Source: Telluribacter humicola (GTDB lineage: Bacteria; Bacteroidota; Bacteroidia; Cytophagales; Spirosomataceae). From it: a DNA stretch of 64,000 nucleotides. The notes under the pieces were generated by a model, which was given only the letters and a program-made list of their open reading frames with translations, was not told where the DNA came from and searched no databases. The stretch lies in the NCBI GenBank assembly GCA_040394475.1, contig JBEBSD010000030.1:33-64032 (forward strand), written 5' to 3'. The position numbers were made by a program, and so were the translations under genes. Position 1 is the first letter of the stretch. Each line of letters starts with the position of its first letter. This document shows positions 16,496-26,512 of this stretch, piece after piece.

Positions 16496-17668
16496 TCAAT
16501 AAACGATCAGCTTATTGCCCGCTGTAATTTTTATTCGAACGGCAGAAACGTTCAGCAGCTCCAGTGCGGCGTTCAAGGTCAGATCCCGGTCCATTTCCCC
16601 GGAAAATGTTTCCTGGGGAATGTCGCCTTTATACACAAGCTCAACATCATACCAACGCACCAGCTGCCGCATCACTTCTTCAAACGGAGTGTGTTTGAAA
16701 TAGAAGTAGCCGCTCTTCCAGGCAATATACGGTTCGGTGTCTACCTGTTGTACATTGGTAGAGGCGTCGCGCACTATCCCTTGTTGTCCGGGTTTTAAGC
16801 TATTTACGACGTTAGATATACGATTTACGATTTGCACGGTCCCGCTCACCAGCGTCGTTTTAATTTCGGGTTCGTCTTGATAGGCCGATAGATTGAATTC
16901 AGTACCCGTCACCTGGACCTCTTGCCCATCACTGATTACCTTAAATGGCTTTTGTACATCCTTGGCAACTGCAAAATAAGCTTCGCCCGAGACTTCCACT
17001 ACACGTTCCGTTCCCACGAATCGCGCCGGGTACTTCAATGTCGAAGCTGAATTGAGCCAAACCTGGGTGCCGTCCGAAAGTGTAACCTGATAGGTGCCGC
17101 CTCCGGGCGTCGATAGGGACATGAGAGGCGGTACCTCCGAAAGGAGCTTTTCGTCCTGTCCGAGGTCTGAGACCGAAGAACCGTCCATATAACTGACCCC
17201 ATCCCCGACAACAATTCCGGTCTGCGCTTCGCTCAGATCAATCGCACGGCCATCGGCCAACTTGAGCGTAGCCCGGTGACCACCCGGAGGAATGTCCGCC
17301 GGAAGTCTCTCATCCATTGCCTGAGGTGCAGGGTCCGGCGGCTGTTGCCTGGTAGCTGAAAACCAGATTCCCGCCGCAAAAATTACAGTTGCTGCTGCAT
17401 AGGGCAACCATCGGCGCAGCTGTCTTACTTTTATTAGCTGTTCGTGCCGGGTAATCTCGGTTTCTAACCGCGGATCGTCCGCCACCGCCTTTTCCGGAAT
17501 CGCAAACCAGTCATCCAGGCTGGCGTCCAGCTTATTCCCCGCATGCAACTCTTCCAAAAACCGGAGGTTATCCGGATGTTCCGTCGCCCAGGTCATGAGC
17601 TCTTTGTGTTCGGCCTCGCTAAGCGTGCCGCTCAGTTGCCTGTAAAGGAGTTGACTGATTCGTTCCAT
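16496..17668 (-). CDS. FecR-family anti-sigma factor
   Basis: 390 aa. N-terminal anti-sigma segment, a central TM (LPYAAATVIFAAGIWF), and FecR plus C-terminal DUF4974-like domains. It lies between the ECF sigma and SusC genes. Confidence 0.9.
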   Translation of the reverse strand: MERISQLLYRQLSGTLSEAEHKELMTWATEHPDNLRFLEELHAGNKLDASLDDWFAIPEKAVADDPRLETEITRHEQLIKVRQLRRWLPYAAATVIFAAGIWFSATRQQPPDPAPQAMDERLPADIPPGGHRATLKLADGRAIDLSEAQTGIVVGDGVSYMDGSSVSDLGQDEKLLSEVPPLMSLSTPGGGTYQVTLSDGTQVWLNSASTLKYPARFVGTERVVEVSGEAYFAVAKDVQKPFKVISDGQEVQVTGTEFNLSAYQDEPEIKTTLVSGTVQIVNRISNVVNSLKPGQQGIVRDASTNVQQVDTEPYIAWKSGYFYFKHTPFEEVMRQLVRWYDVELVYKGDIPQETFSGEMDRDLTLNAALELLNVSAVRIKITAGNKLIVY

Positions 17669-17847
17669 AAGCTGAATACGGAGACAGGGAGGTAAACCTT
17701 ACCAGAAAGGTTGTAAAAAATCGTACTCAAAGAAGATTTTGTTGATTTATTTCGGGTAGATAGCCGTCTTGTGCGCTGCTTTTTCCGCAGCCTGCTGCGG
17801 GAGCCACTAGTAAGGAGACATGATGAAGGGAGTCGCTAAGTACCGCC

Positions 17848-18423
17848 TCACATCTCTTGCCTCAGCAGCCACACCAGAAAAATCAGGTTGCCGTCAAGCA
17901 GCTTGCGCAGGACCGAGATCGCCTTCGATTTTTGGCTGAAGATCGATGATACCGTCATTCCGGTGTCCTTTGCGATCTCCTCTGTCGTTTTTCCTTCTAA
18001 AAAACTCATGCGAAATACACGCTGCTGGCTCAGCGGCAGCTGATTCACCGCCTCTTCAATCTGCTTCAGCAGTTCGGTGTACAAAATACGGTTGTATACC
18101 TCCGGCGGCTCTCCCATCAGGTTACTGGCTGCAGCAGATAAGTCCTCCATCGACAACCCACGGCGGGAGCGGACACGGTCGATACAGGCGTTCTTCGTGG
18201 TGATATAGAGGAAAGCTTTGATCTGGGACTGGGTCCTGATCTGCATGCGGTTGTCCCATAGCTTCAGCATGATGTCGCTCACCACCTCCTCGGCCAGGCC
18301 GTGGTCTTTTACATACGAAAATGCAAAATGCTGTAACGAGCGGGAATAATAACGGTATACGCCATCAAACGTCTTCCGGTCGCCGGCTTTTAGCTGATCG
18401 ATATCTACTTCAAAGGGACGCAT
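17848..18423 (-). CDS. ECF (sigma-70 family) RNA polymerase sigma factor
   Basis: 191 aa. Region 2 (AEEVVSDIMLKLW) and region 4 HTH (EGKTTEEIAKDTGMTVSSIFSQKSKA). Confidence 0.9.
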   Translation of the reverse strand: MRPFEVDIDQLKAGDRKTFDGVYRYYSRSLQHFAFSYVKDHGLAEEVVSDIMLKLWDNRMQIRTQSQIKAFLYITTKNACIDRVRSRRGLSMEDLSAAASNLMGEPPEVYNRILYTELLKQIEEAVNQLPLSQQRVFRMSFLEGKTTEEIAKDTGMTVSSIFSQKSKAISVLRKLLDGNLIFLVWLLRQEM

Positions 18424-18577
18424 AACCTACTGATGCTGGTGTATGCCGCAAACCTATGAAAAATAGTTGAAAGCTGAAAAATAAAGGGCTTGCTTACAGG
18501 GAATTCGCGCTTAAGAAGTACGATTTCAGCGCTGCGTTTTGCGACGGGAACCGGCTGTGTCTTTAGCAGCAAACCGC

Positions 18578-19531
18578 TCATCCGATGGCAATTTTACTTA
18601 GAATCGACTCAATAATCGTATGGGTCCGGATATCATCCGCCTCGGCTTCGTAATTGAGCAAAATCCGGTGGTTCATAATATCGGGCGCCAGTTCCTTAAT
18701 ATCTTCCGGCAATACGTAGTCCCGTCCCTCGAGGTAGGCCAGCGCTTTGGCCGCCAGGTTGAGGTAAATCGTGGCACGCGGTGAAACGCCAAACTGGATA
18801 TAACGGGCCTCTTCCTTCAGGTTGTATTCGAGCGGGCGGCGGGTCGCAAAGACGAGCTCAATAATGTAACGTTCCAGTGTTTCGGAAATATTGACCTTAT
18901 TGATTTCATTGCGGATGGCATAGACATCGTCTTTAGACAAAATGGGCTGGGGAACATAATGGAAGTTCAGGTCGGACATGCGCCGCATCACTTCCAGTTC
19001 TTCCGTACGGCTCAGGTAGTCCAGATGAACCTTCATCATAAACCGGTCGAGCTGGGCTTCCGGCAACGGATAGGTGCCTTCCTGTTCTACGGGATTCTGA
19101 GTAGCCAGCACCAGAAAAGGCCTGTCGAGCACATACGTGCTGTCGCCGATGGTCACTTGTTTTTCCTGCATGGCTTCCAGCAGGGCCGATTGTACTTTGG
19201 CCGGGGAGCGGTTGACTTCATCGGCCAGTATGATATTGGCAAATATAGGCCCCTTTTTTACTTCGTAATCCCCGACTTTGGGTTTATAGATCATGGTCCC
19301 GATGAGATCGGCGGGCAACAGGTCGGATGTAAACTGGATGCGGCTGAAATCCAGCTGCAGTACTTTGGCAATGGTATTAATGGTCAGGGTTTTGGCGAGT
19401 CCGGGAACTCCTTCAAGCAATACATGCCCTCCGGTAAACAGGCTGATGAGCATCCGGTTCATCAGCTTTTCCTGCCCCACGACTACTTTTCCGATTTCAT
19501 TGAGAACAAGTTGTATTTTCTGTTGGTACAT
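18578..19531 (-). CDS. MoxR-family AAA+ ATPase
   Basis: 317 aa. GVPGLAKT Walker A, ILADEVNRSPAKVQSALLEAMQE, ATQNPVEQEGTYPLPEAQLDRF. Confidence 0.9.
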   Translation of the reverse strand: MYQQKIQLVLNEIGKVVVGQEKLMNRMLISLFTGGHVLLEGVPGLAKTLTINTIAKVLQLDFSRIQFTSDLLPADLIGTMIYKPKVGDYEVKKGPIFANIILADEVNRSPAKVQSALLEAMQEKQVTIGDSTYVLDRPFLVLATQNPVEQEGTYPLPEAQLDRFMMKVHLDYLSRTEELEVMRRMSDLNFHYVPQPILSKDDVYAIRNEINKVNISETLERYIIELVFATRRPLEYNLKEEARYIQFGVSPRATIYLNLAAKALAYLEGRDYVLPEDIKELAPDIMNHRILLNYEAEADDIRTHTIIESILSKIAIG

Positions 19532-19609
19532 CTGGAATGGGCTAATATAAGAATAAACGGCAATCCCGGTTTGAAATTACCGGTTGCCACCTGAAATACG
19601 GAGAGATGC

Positions 19610-20470
19610 TCAGGCATTGAGTGCCCGGACAAAGCGATTTTTGCCGTGAATATCCTGTAACAGCGTGACCTGGCTATAGCCGTTGGTTTCGAAGACCGCA
19701 CGTGTTTCGGGGCCGAAATGTTCATTAATTTCTACATAACAGCTGCCGCCCGCCTTCAGGTGACGCTTCCCGAACGCCGCGATGGCTTCATAAAACAACA
19801 TCGGGTTATTGTCTTCGACAAAAAGCGCCTCGTGGGGCTCGAAGCGCAATACATTCGGCCGCATTTGTTCTGCCTCTGAATAGGTCACATAAGGCGGGTT
19901 ACTGACAATACAATCAAACAACGGGATCTGCCCGGCCGGAAGTTCGTCGGGTTGAAGGATATCCCGCAGTTCAAAGGTGACGTCGGCCATTAACTGATAG
20001 GCGTTCTCCCGGGCGACATTGAGCGCATCCTCCGAAACATCCCAGCCGTAAATGGCGGCATGCGGCAGAAAACGGGCCAGTACAATGGCGATACAGCCGC
20101 TTCCGGTCCCGATGTCCAGAATAGTTACCTTCTCATCCGGCTCGGAATAATCCCGGGTGATCAGGCGGATCAGCTCTTCCGTTTCCGGACGGGGAATAAG
20201 AACAGAGGAAGAAACGTTGAATTTCAATCCGCAAAACTCCTCGGAACCGATAATATGCTGCACCGGTTCGTTCTCGTTCAAACGCTTGATGACATGGTCC
20301 CAATCGGGTTGTAACCCGTTATCGACCAAGGGGCGGTCGACCAGTACATCTACATTGCTCAGTCGTAAATAATGCTTTAACAGCATGTAGGCAATGGCCT
20401 GAGTCTCTTTAGGTGGATAATTGGTAATCCGGTTCGTTAGATACTGATATAGTTGACGGGCTGAAGTCAT
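19610..20470 (-). CDS. prmC: Release-factor glutamine N5-methyltransferase
   Basis: 286 aa. SAM motif DIGTGSGCIAI and catalytic NPPY. Confidence 0.85.
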   Translation of the reverse strand: MTSARQLYQYLTNRITNYPPKETQAIAYMLLKHYLRLSNVDVLVDRPLVDNGLQPDWDHVIKRLNENEPVQHIIGSEEFCGLKFNVSSSVLIPRPETEELIRLITRDYSEPDEKVTILDIGTGSGCIAIVLARFLPHAAIYGWDVSEDALNVARENAYQLMADVTFELRDILQPDELPAGQIPLFDCIVSNPPYVTYSEAEQMRPNVLRFEPHEALFVEDNNPMLFYEAIAAFGKRHLKAGGSCYVEINEHFGPETRAVFETNGYSQVTLLQDIHGKNRFVRALNA

Positions 20471-20581
20471 TGAAATTTACTTTTAAAGGGGAAAGTTAGA
20501 AAAAAATAATCAGGTTGACATCAGATTGGGTGGCAAGTTGGCGAAATTGCAGCAGAATCCGAAAGGAAATAAGCGTACGAG

Positions 20582-21664
20582 ATGACTAACGATTCAGTAT
20601 TGATGCAGCGTGCATTGCAACTGGCTGCTTTAGGGGCGGGGAATGTGAGCCCGAACCCGATGGTGGGGTGCGTGCTGGTAAGCGGAATGGCCATAATAGG
20701 GGAGGGGTGGCACCGGCAATACGGTGGCCCGCACGCGGAGGTGGAAGCGGTAAGAGATGCTGTCCGGAGAGGCCATTCGGCAAAGCTGGCAGGGGCAACG
20801 GCGTATGTGTCGCTGGAGCCCTGTTCGCATTTTGGAAAGACCCCCCCCTGCGCCGACCTGCTGATAGCACAGGCCGTGGGGCGGGTCGTGATTTGTACGG
20901 AAGATCCTAATCCGCTGGTAAAAGGACGGGGGATCGTCCGTCTTCGGGAAGCGGGAATAACAGTTGACGTAGGAATGCTGGCACAGGAGGGAAGGGAACT
21001 GAACCGCCGTTTTTGGAGTGGTATTACCCGGAAAAGACCTTATGTGATCATAAAATGGGCCGAAAGCCGGGATGGTATGCTGGCAGGCGCCAACGGACAA
21101 CCGGTGAAAATAAGCTGCCCCGAAACGGATGTACTGGTGCACCGGTGGCGGGCGGAGGAGGATGCCATACTGGTGGGGAAACAAACGGTGCTGAACGACG
21201 ATCCGGCTTTAAACCTCCGGCATTGGAAAGGGAATCATCCGGTGCGCATTGTATTGGATACGCACCTGGAAATCGGGGAAAACTACCAGGTCCGGGCGGC
21301 GTCACAGCCGACCATCCTGGTCAACACGATCCGGGAGGAGATTGCCATAGAACAGTTAGACCGCTACCGCCGCGATACCCCGGCGACCGGTTACCTGAAG
21401 GCCGACACGCGAAAGGAGGGGCTCCGGCCCCTGTTGGAAAGATTGTATGAACTGGGAATCCGGTCGGTACTGGTGGAAGGCGGCCGCCAGGTGCATGAAT
21501 CATTTTTGAAGGCGGGAATCTGGGATGAAATCCGGCAGATTAAAGGGGCGGCAGTGATCGGAACAGGCATCGGAGCACCGGCCGCCCAAGGGGTATTTTA
21601 CCGGGAAGAAAGGATAAAAGAAGATGTGATCAGCTACTTCAGGAACGAACTCCCTGTCACCTGA
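20582..21664 (+). CDS. ribD: Bifunctional riboflavin biosynthesis deaminase/reductase
   Basis: 360 aa. Deaminase Zn motifs HAEVEA and PCSHFGKTPPC, with a C-terminal reductase domain. Confidence 0.9.
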   Translation: MTNDSVLMQRALQLAALGAGNVSPNPMVGCVLVSGMAIIGEGWHRQYGGPHAEVEAVRDAVRRGHSAKLAGATAYVSLEPCSHFGKTPPCADLLIAQAVGRVVICTEDPNPLVKGRGIVRLREAGITVDVGMLAQEGRELNRRFWSGITRKRPYVIIKWAESRDGMLAGANGQPVKISCPETDVLVHRWRAEEDAILVGKQTVLNDDPALNLRHWKGNHPVRIVLDTHLEIGENYQVRAASQPTILVNTIREEIAIEQLDRYRRDTPATGYLKADTRKEGLRPLLERLYELGIRSVLVEGGRQVHESFLKAGIWDEIRQIKGAAVIGTGIGAPAAQGVFYREERIKEDVISYFRNELPVT

Positions 21665-21686
21665 GGACACAGACGCTCCTAGCAGT

Positions 21687-22469
21687 TCATTCCTCCCGGT
21701 CGGCTTCGTTCCAGATGCTCCAGGATTTTTCTGCCTGCAGATAAAGCATATTCAGCCCGTTCATAGTAGCCGCCCCCTGCTGTGCCCCCTTTTTCAAAAA
21801 GGTGGTTTCCGCAGGGTTGTAGACCAGGTCGTATAGTAAATGCTTATTGCTGATGAAAGTATAGGGGATCGGCGGACAGCTGTCCAGGTTTGGCGACATT
21901 CCCAGAGGGGTGGTGTTGATGAGCAGCCGAAAGTCGCTGAGAATGTCCAGTGTAAGGTCTCCGTACGCCAGCTCGTGCTCTCTAGGAGTCCTGGAGACAA
22001 CCCGGTAGTCGGTTTGCAGATCGTCCAGAGCGGTCGTAACGGCCTTTGCCGCTCCGCCGTTTCCCAGTACCAGCGCTTTTAAATCCTTACAGCTTTCTCC
22101 GCGACGTTCGAGCCATTCTTCCAGTGATGTTTTGAAGCCATAATAGTCTGTATTATACCCTTTAGTGGAACCGTCTTCGTACCGCTTGATGGTATTGACG
22201 GCACCAATACGGGCGGCAGTCTGACGGTCAAGGTCGTCCAGATACGGAATGACCGCCTGCTTGTAGGGGATGGTTACATTCAGTCCCCGGAGGTTGGGCT
22301 TGCTTTGAAGCAGCGGCAGCAGCGCTTCCACAGATTCCAGCGGGAACAATTCGTACCGGCAATTCAAAATCCCCTCCCTCAGGAATTTCTCGGAGAAATA
22401 TTGTTTCGAGAAAGAATGTGATAAAGGATATCCGATCAATCCAAATAAATTCATTGCAGTTAGTTTCAA
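21687..22469 (-). CDS. aroE: Shikimate dehydrogenase
   Basis: GLIGYPLSHSFS substrate motif and VLGNGGAAKAV NADP motif. The start may be the internal Met at 22454. Confidence 0.85.
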   Translation of the reverse strand: MKLTAMNLFGLIGYPLSHSFSKQYFSEKFLREGILNCRYELFPLESVEALLPLLQSKPNLRGLNVTIPYKQAVIPYLDDLDRQTAARIGAVNTIKRYEDGSTKGYNTDYYGFKTSLEEWLERRGESCKDLKALVLGNGGAAKAVTTALDDLQTDYRVVSRTPREHELAYGDLTLDILSDFRLLINTTPLGMSPNLDSCPPIPYTFISNKHLLYDLVYNPAETTFLKKGAQQGAATMNGLNMLYLQAEKSWSIWNEADREE

Positions 22470-22585
22470 ATAGGTGTTTGATCCTGGTGTTATGTCACGA
22501 TGCCTGGTCGTATTTCAGCTGTCAGGCTGGGCCCGTCCGTAACGTCATGGTAGGCTGTCATGGTGAGCCTGTCACCAGGGTACGA

Positions 22586-23683
22586 TTACATCACAACCCG
22601 GGTTTTCCCCGGAAGGACTTGTATGCCGTCGTCTACCTGTATAACATGGCTTCTCCCCCCTTGCCGTTCAATGGCTTCGGCAACGGCTTCCGTGTGCTGA
22701 GGGGCATATACAAACATACAGCCGCCGCCGCCGGAGCCATTGATCTTTCCGCCGAGGGCGCCTGCCGACAGGGCTGCGTGCAGCATGCGTTCAATCTTGG
22801 GGGTGGATGTTCGTTTAAAGTCCCTCAGGTTGGCATGGTGCCGGCTGAGCAATTGGCCGAAGTCCCGGTCAAATTGTTCCCGGTCGGTCACAGGGTTGGA
22901 AAACAGCGTCTTCCCTTCCTTCAGAAGATCCCGGTCGTCGAGGTTGGCTTTCAGTAATTCGTATTCCTCGTCCGACAAAAAAGACCTGTACCCGCCGATC
23001 CTGCCGGCCGGGGTGGTAAAAATGGAAAAGGAAGGATCCTTCCGCGCAACTTTCTCCATCACCGCTTCCATTCCATAGCGGCAGTGCGCCAGTATGCCCA
23101 GGGTATCTTTGGGTTCCAGTGAGTCGCCCAGCACAAAAGCGCCCAGTTCAGGCGTTAAGCGTTCTACATGGATCTCCGGGGTGGATTCCAGGTAGATGAC
23201 ATTTCCTATTGCCGTTGAGTAATGGTCCATCATGCCGCCCGGCTCCCCGAATTCAGGGACTTCCGCAAGATAGGCCAGCTCTCCGAGGGTCTTGGCGTCG
23301 TAATGGGCAGGGCTGTCGCTCATGCGGTCCAGGAATGCCGCCCAGGAAACAATCAGCGCCGACGAGCTCGAGGTTCCCGAATTAATCGGGATGTTTCCCG
23401 TGATGGTACCGTCAAAACCCTTTGAAAAGCGGGCTCCCTTCCGTTTGAGGACATTGATGGTACTTTTAAAATAGTCCCTGTCCTGCGTGTAGGGAAAGGT
23501 GTCTTCCAAGGAAAAGGAGATCCGCTGGTCCAGGTCCGGAAGATCAATCCGGACCTGGGTATCGTCGCGATGGGTACCTGTTACCTGGATTCTGCGGGAG
23601 ATCGCCGCAGCAATCACCGGCAGCCCCAGATAATCCTGGTGTTCTCCGAAAAGACAGATTCTGCCGGGAGTTGAAAAAATCAT
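22586..23683 (-). CDS. GHMP-family sugar kinase (galactokinase-like)
   Basis: 365 aa. GRICLFGEHQDYLG resembles the galactokinase signature. GHMP motif PINSGTSSSSA. It sits 3 nt downstream of a sugar MFS transporter gene. Confidence 0.7.
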   Translation of the reverse strand: MIFSTPGRICLFGEHQDYLGLPVIAAAISRRIQVTGTHRDDTQVRIDLPDLDQRISFSLEDTFPYTQDRDYFKSTINVLKRKGARFSKGFDGTITGNIPINSGTSSSSALIVSWAAFLDRMSDSPAHYDAKTLGELAYLAEVPEFGEPGGMMDHYSTAIGNVIYLESTPEIHVERLTPELGAFVLGDSLEPKDTLGILAHCRYGMEAVMEKVARKDPSFSIFTTPAGRIGGYRSFLSDEEYELLKANLDDRDLLKEGKTLFSNPVTDREQFDRDFGQLLSRHHANLRDFKRTSTPKIERMLHAALSAGALGGKINGSGGGGCMFVYAPQHTEAVAEAIERQGGRSHVIQVDDGIQVLPGKTRVVM

Positions 23684-23686
23684 AGG

Positions 23687-24913
23687 TTACCAGTTCTTCT
23701 TTTTGTGTCCGGCCAGGGCATAATACAGGATGTAGACATAAAGTGGGATGAGCAGCCAATAGGCCTGCTGAGTGCTTCCCAGGTTATCCGCCAGGGAACC
23801 GTACACCATGGGGAGAATCGCCCCGCCCGAGATCCCCATGATCAGCAGCGCGGAAGCGGTTTTAGTAAATTTCCCCAGGCCATCCAGGGCGAGGGGCCAG
23901 ATGGCCGGCCATACAAGCGCATGGGCAAATCCGAGGAACGCAATCGCATAAACCGAAACAATACCCCCTGTATAAATAGCGAGGAAGGAAAATACAATTC
24001 CCATCACTCCCGAGAGGATCAAATAGTTGACCTGGGAAATGAATTTCGGGATCAGCAAAATTCCCAGCAAATAGCCCACCATCATCCCCACCAGGGTATA
24101 GATGCCGAATTTACTGGCCTGCTCTACCGGGAAGCCCAGCGAAATCCCGTAATTGATCACAGTATCCGCGGCGATGACTTCTACCCCGACATAACAGAAG
24201 ATGGCGGCAATCCCAAATACCAGGTTGGGGAACTGCAGGATGCTGGTTTTTGCGGAGGCGCCGCCTTTTGCGTCTGTCACTTCCTCTTCTTCGGCCTCCA
24301 CTTCCGGAAGCCCTTTGGTAATCCGTACCAAAACGGCCAATCCGATCAGGATAGCGGTTATGATCAGATAAGGCACCTCCACTTTCTTCAGTTCTTCCTG
24401 TGCAGTAGTTGCGACCGCACCACCGGCCAGGAGGATACCTGAAAAAATATACTGGCTGATGATTCCCGCCAGTTTATTGGCAATCCCCATAAAACTGATG
24501 CGCTGCGCAGCGCTTTCTTTGGGACCTAAGATGGTAACATACGGATTGGAGGCTGTCTGCAACAGTGTGAGGCCGATTCCGATCGTAAACAAACCCACCA
24601 GGAAAAGCGGATAGGAAGCCACCTGGGCGGCCGGAATAAAAATGAGGGTTCCTACCGCCATGATGAGGAGTCCCAGGGCCATTCCGTTTTTAAACCCGGT
24701 TTTTTTCAAGACGATAGACGAAGGAATCGCCATCACGGTGTAGGAAATAAAGAATGCGAAGGTGACCAGGTAGGAGCTTGTATTGTCCAGGTTAAATGCT
24801 TTCTGAAAAAAAGAAATCAGGGTAGCATTGACCCAGGTGACAAACCCGAACACAAAAAATAATATCCCGATGATGATCAGGGGGCCTAGGTAATTGGAAT
24901 TGTTGTTACGCAT
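23687..24913 (-). CDS. Sugar MFS transporter (FucP/GluP family)
   Basis: 408 aa with about 12 TM segments. The N-terminus is typical of glucose/galactose-fucose permeases. Confidence 0.8.
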   Translation of the reverse strand: MRNNNSNYLGPLIIIGILFFVFGFVTWVNATLISFFQKAFNLDNTSSYLVTFAFFISYTVMAIPSSIVLKKTGFKNGMALGLLIMAVGTLIFIPAAQVASYPLFLVGLFTIGIGLTLLQTASNPYVTILGPKESAAQRISFMGIANKLAGIISQYIFSGILLAGGAVATTAQEELKKVEVPYLIITAILIGLAVLVRITKGLPEVEAEEEEVTDAKGGASAKTSILQFPNLVFGIAAIFCYVGVEVIAADTVINYGISLGFPVEQASKFGIYTLVGMMVGYLLGILLIPKFISQVNYLILSGVMGIVFSFLAIYTGGIVSVYAIAFLGFAHALVWPAIWPLALDGLGKFTKTASALLIMGISGGAILPMVYGSLADNLGSTQQAYWLLIPLYVYILYYALAGHKKKNW

Positions 24914-25430
24914 TCTCTTAAGGGTTGGTTAATGATGGCAGAAAAAATCACAGGAATAGCAAAAGAAACATGGTTTGAATGCTTCCTGATGGAATAATTA
25001 CGATAAGTTTCCGGAATGGGACCGCTAACGGACATGTTTATTTTTCAGGAAAGGAACTAAGGGTCCGAAACGACATCGGGTACTACCCCCGTGGACGCTT
25101 CCGAACTTTTATGATAAAAATACAGTTTAAAATATGCATCCCGGAGAATTCTACTTAACGGTTAGCTTTTTAAAGTACCCGCTACCCGACAAAGGCAGTA
25201 AGCAAATCCCGTGACGGCCGCAAATTAAAGAAAAAACAGTAATTTAATTTTTTTATAAACTAAATTTAAAAAGGCCTTCCGGTTAAATGCAGTAGATTGC
25301 AAGAAGGAGCAGCTTAATAAAGCGTTGATAACCCAGGGGACGAAGACCGCGTTCCAAACCTTAAATTGTGTTGTACACAGACTTTGTAACGGCATTTAAG
25401 GTGTTATTTTAATAAGGAAAAATAAAATTG

Positions 25431-25847
25431 ATGGCAGCAAACAAAGTGTCGGTTTTCCGAAAGGAAAATTTTAACGCGGCGCATCGTCTCCATAATCCAA
25501 ACTGGACAGATGAAAAAAACGAGCGTGTGTATGGAAAGTGCAACAATCCTTCTTTCCATGGGCATAACTACGAACTTATCGTACAGCTGACCGGAGCGGT
25601 TGATCCGGAAACGGGTTATGTCATGGACATGAAGGTGCTGGGCCAACTGGTCCGCGAGTGGGTGATTGACCGGTTTGACCATAAAAATCTTAACCTGGAC
25701 CTGGAGGAGTTCCGTGACCTGAACCCGTCGGCCGAAAACATCGCCATGGTAATTTATGACCTGCTGCGTCCGCAGATTTCCAGTGATTTAGTATTGAAAA
25801 TTCGCCTATATGAAACAGAACGAAACTTCGTTGAATATCCTGCTTGA
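25431..25847 (+). CDS. 6-pyruvoyl-tetrahydropterin / 6-carboxy-tetrahydropterin synthase family protein
   Basis: FNAAHRLHNP..YGKCNNPSFHGHNY..DHKNLNLD closely parallels the PTPS signature (GKCNNPNGHGHNY, DHKNLD). The ATG is at 25431, after a TTG at 25428. Confidence 0.85.
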   Translation: MAANKVSVFRKENFNAAHRLHNPNWTDEKNERVYGKCNNPSFHGHNYELIVQLTGAVDPETGYVMDMKVLGQLVREWVIDRFDHKNLNLDLEEFRDLNPSAENIAMVIYDLLRPQISSDLVLKIRLYETERNFVEYPA

Positions 25848-26496
25848 CCAACAGGCCGATGAGGCCGGTGAGCAACATTTGATGACCTCGATGGATACCC
25901 CGATACGGGAGGACGCCTTTGCCCTGGACGATGATCTGAAGGTAGAGCTGATCGAATCCCATTTCAGGAGTATTATGGGAATCCTGGGGCTGGATTTAAC
26001 CGATGACAGTCTGAAAGGGACCCCGCATCGTGTTGCCAAAATGTATGTAAAGGAAATATTCAGCGGTCTTAATCCGGACAACAAACCGGAGGCTACTCTT
26101 TTTGAGAATAAATACCAGTACAACCAGATATTAGTCGAAAAGGATATTACGGTATTCTCGAATTGCGAACACCATTTCGTGCCTATCTATGGAAAAGCAC
26201 ACATTGGGTATATTTCGGCGGGAAAAGTCATTGGCCTTTCAAAACTCAACCGCATTGTCCAGTATTTCAGCAAACGCCCCCAGGTACAGGAGCGGCTGAC
26301 GATGCAAATCGCAACAGAACTTAAGGACGTCCTGGGTACGGAAGACGTAGCGGTGGTGATCGATGCCCGGCACATGTGCGTATGCATGCGGGGCGTACAG
26401 GATGTTGCCAGTTCCACCATCACGTCCTACTACGGCGGTAAATTTGAACAAGAAGCTACCCGCACAGAATTCCTATCCTACCTGGGAATGAAATGA
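25810..26496 (+). CDS. folE: GTP cyclohydrolase I
   Basis: 228 aa. CEHHFVPI and RPQVQERLT motifs. As drawn it overlaps the upstream gene by 38 nt; an internal Met at 25882 is an alternative start. Confidence 0.9.
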   Translation: MKQNETSLNILLDQQADEAGEQHLMTSMDTPIREDAFALDDDLKVELIESHFRSIMGILGLDLTDDSLKGTPHRVAKMYVKEIFSGLNPDNKPEATLFENKYQYNQILVEKDITVFSNCEHHFVPIYGKAHIGYISAGKVIGLSKLNRIVQYFSKRPQVQERLTMQIATELKDVLGTEDVAVVIDARHMCVCMRGVQDVASSTITSYYGGKFEQEATRTEFLSYLGMK

Positions 26497-26512
26497 CAAT
26501 TTATAATTCAAT

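Noticed and set aside
18578-19531. The two MoxR ATPase genes (also 40688-41728) as parts of Bat/vWA-type or novel defence operons
   Set aside because: Neither is followed by a DUF58 or vWA partner. Their neighbours are unrelated housekeeping genes. Stand-alone MoxR genes are common, so nothing unusual can be supported from the sequence.
20471-20581. FMN riboswitch upstream of ribD
   Set aside because: The intergenic region is only about 110 nt, and I could not find the conserved FMN-element core. It looks like a plain divergent promoter region.
24914-25430. Riboswitch (preQ1 or THF) in the 517-bp leader upstream of the PTPS/folE pair
   Set aside because: I recognised no conserved riboswitch core by eye. 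The region is mostly A+T-rich promoter-like sequence. An Infernal scan would be needed to exclude one formally.
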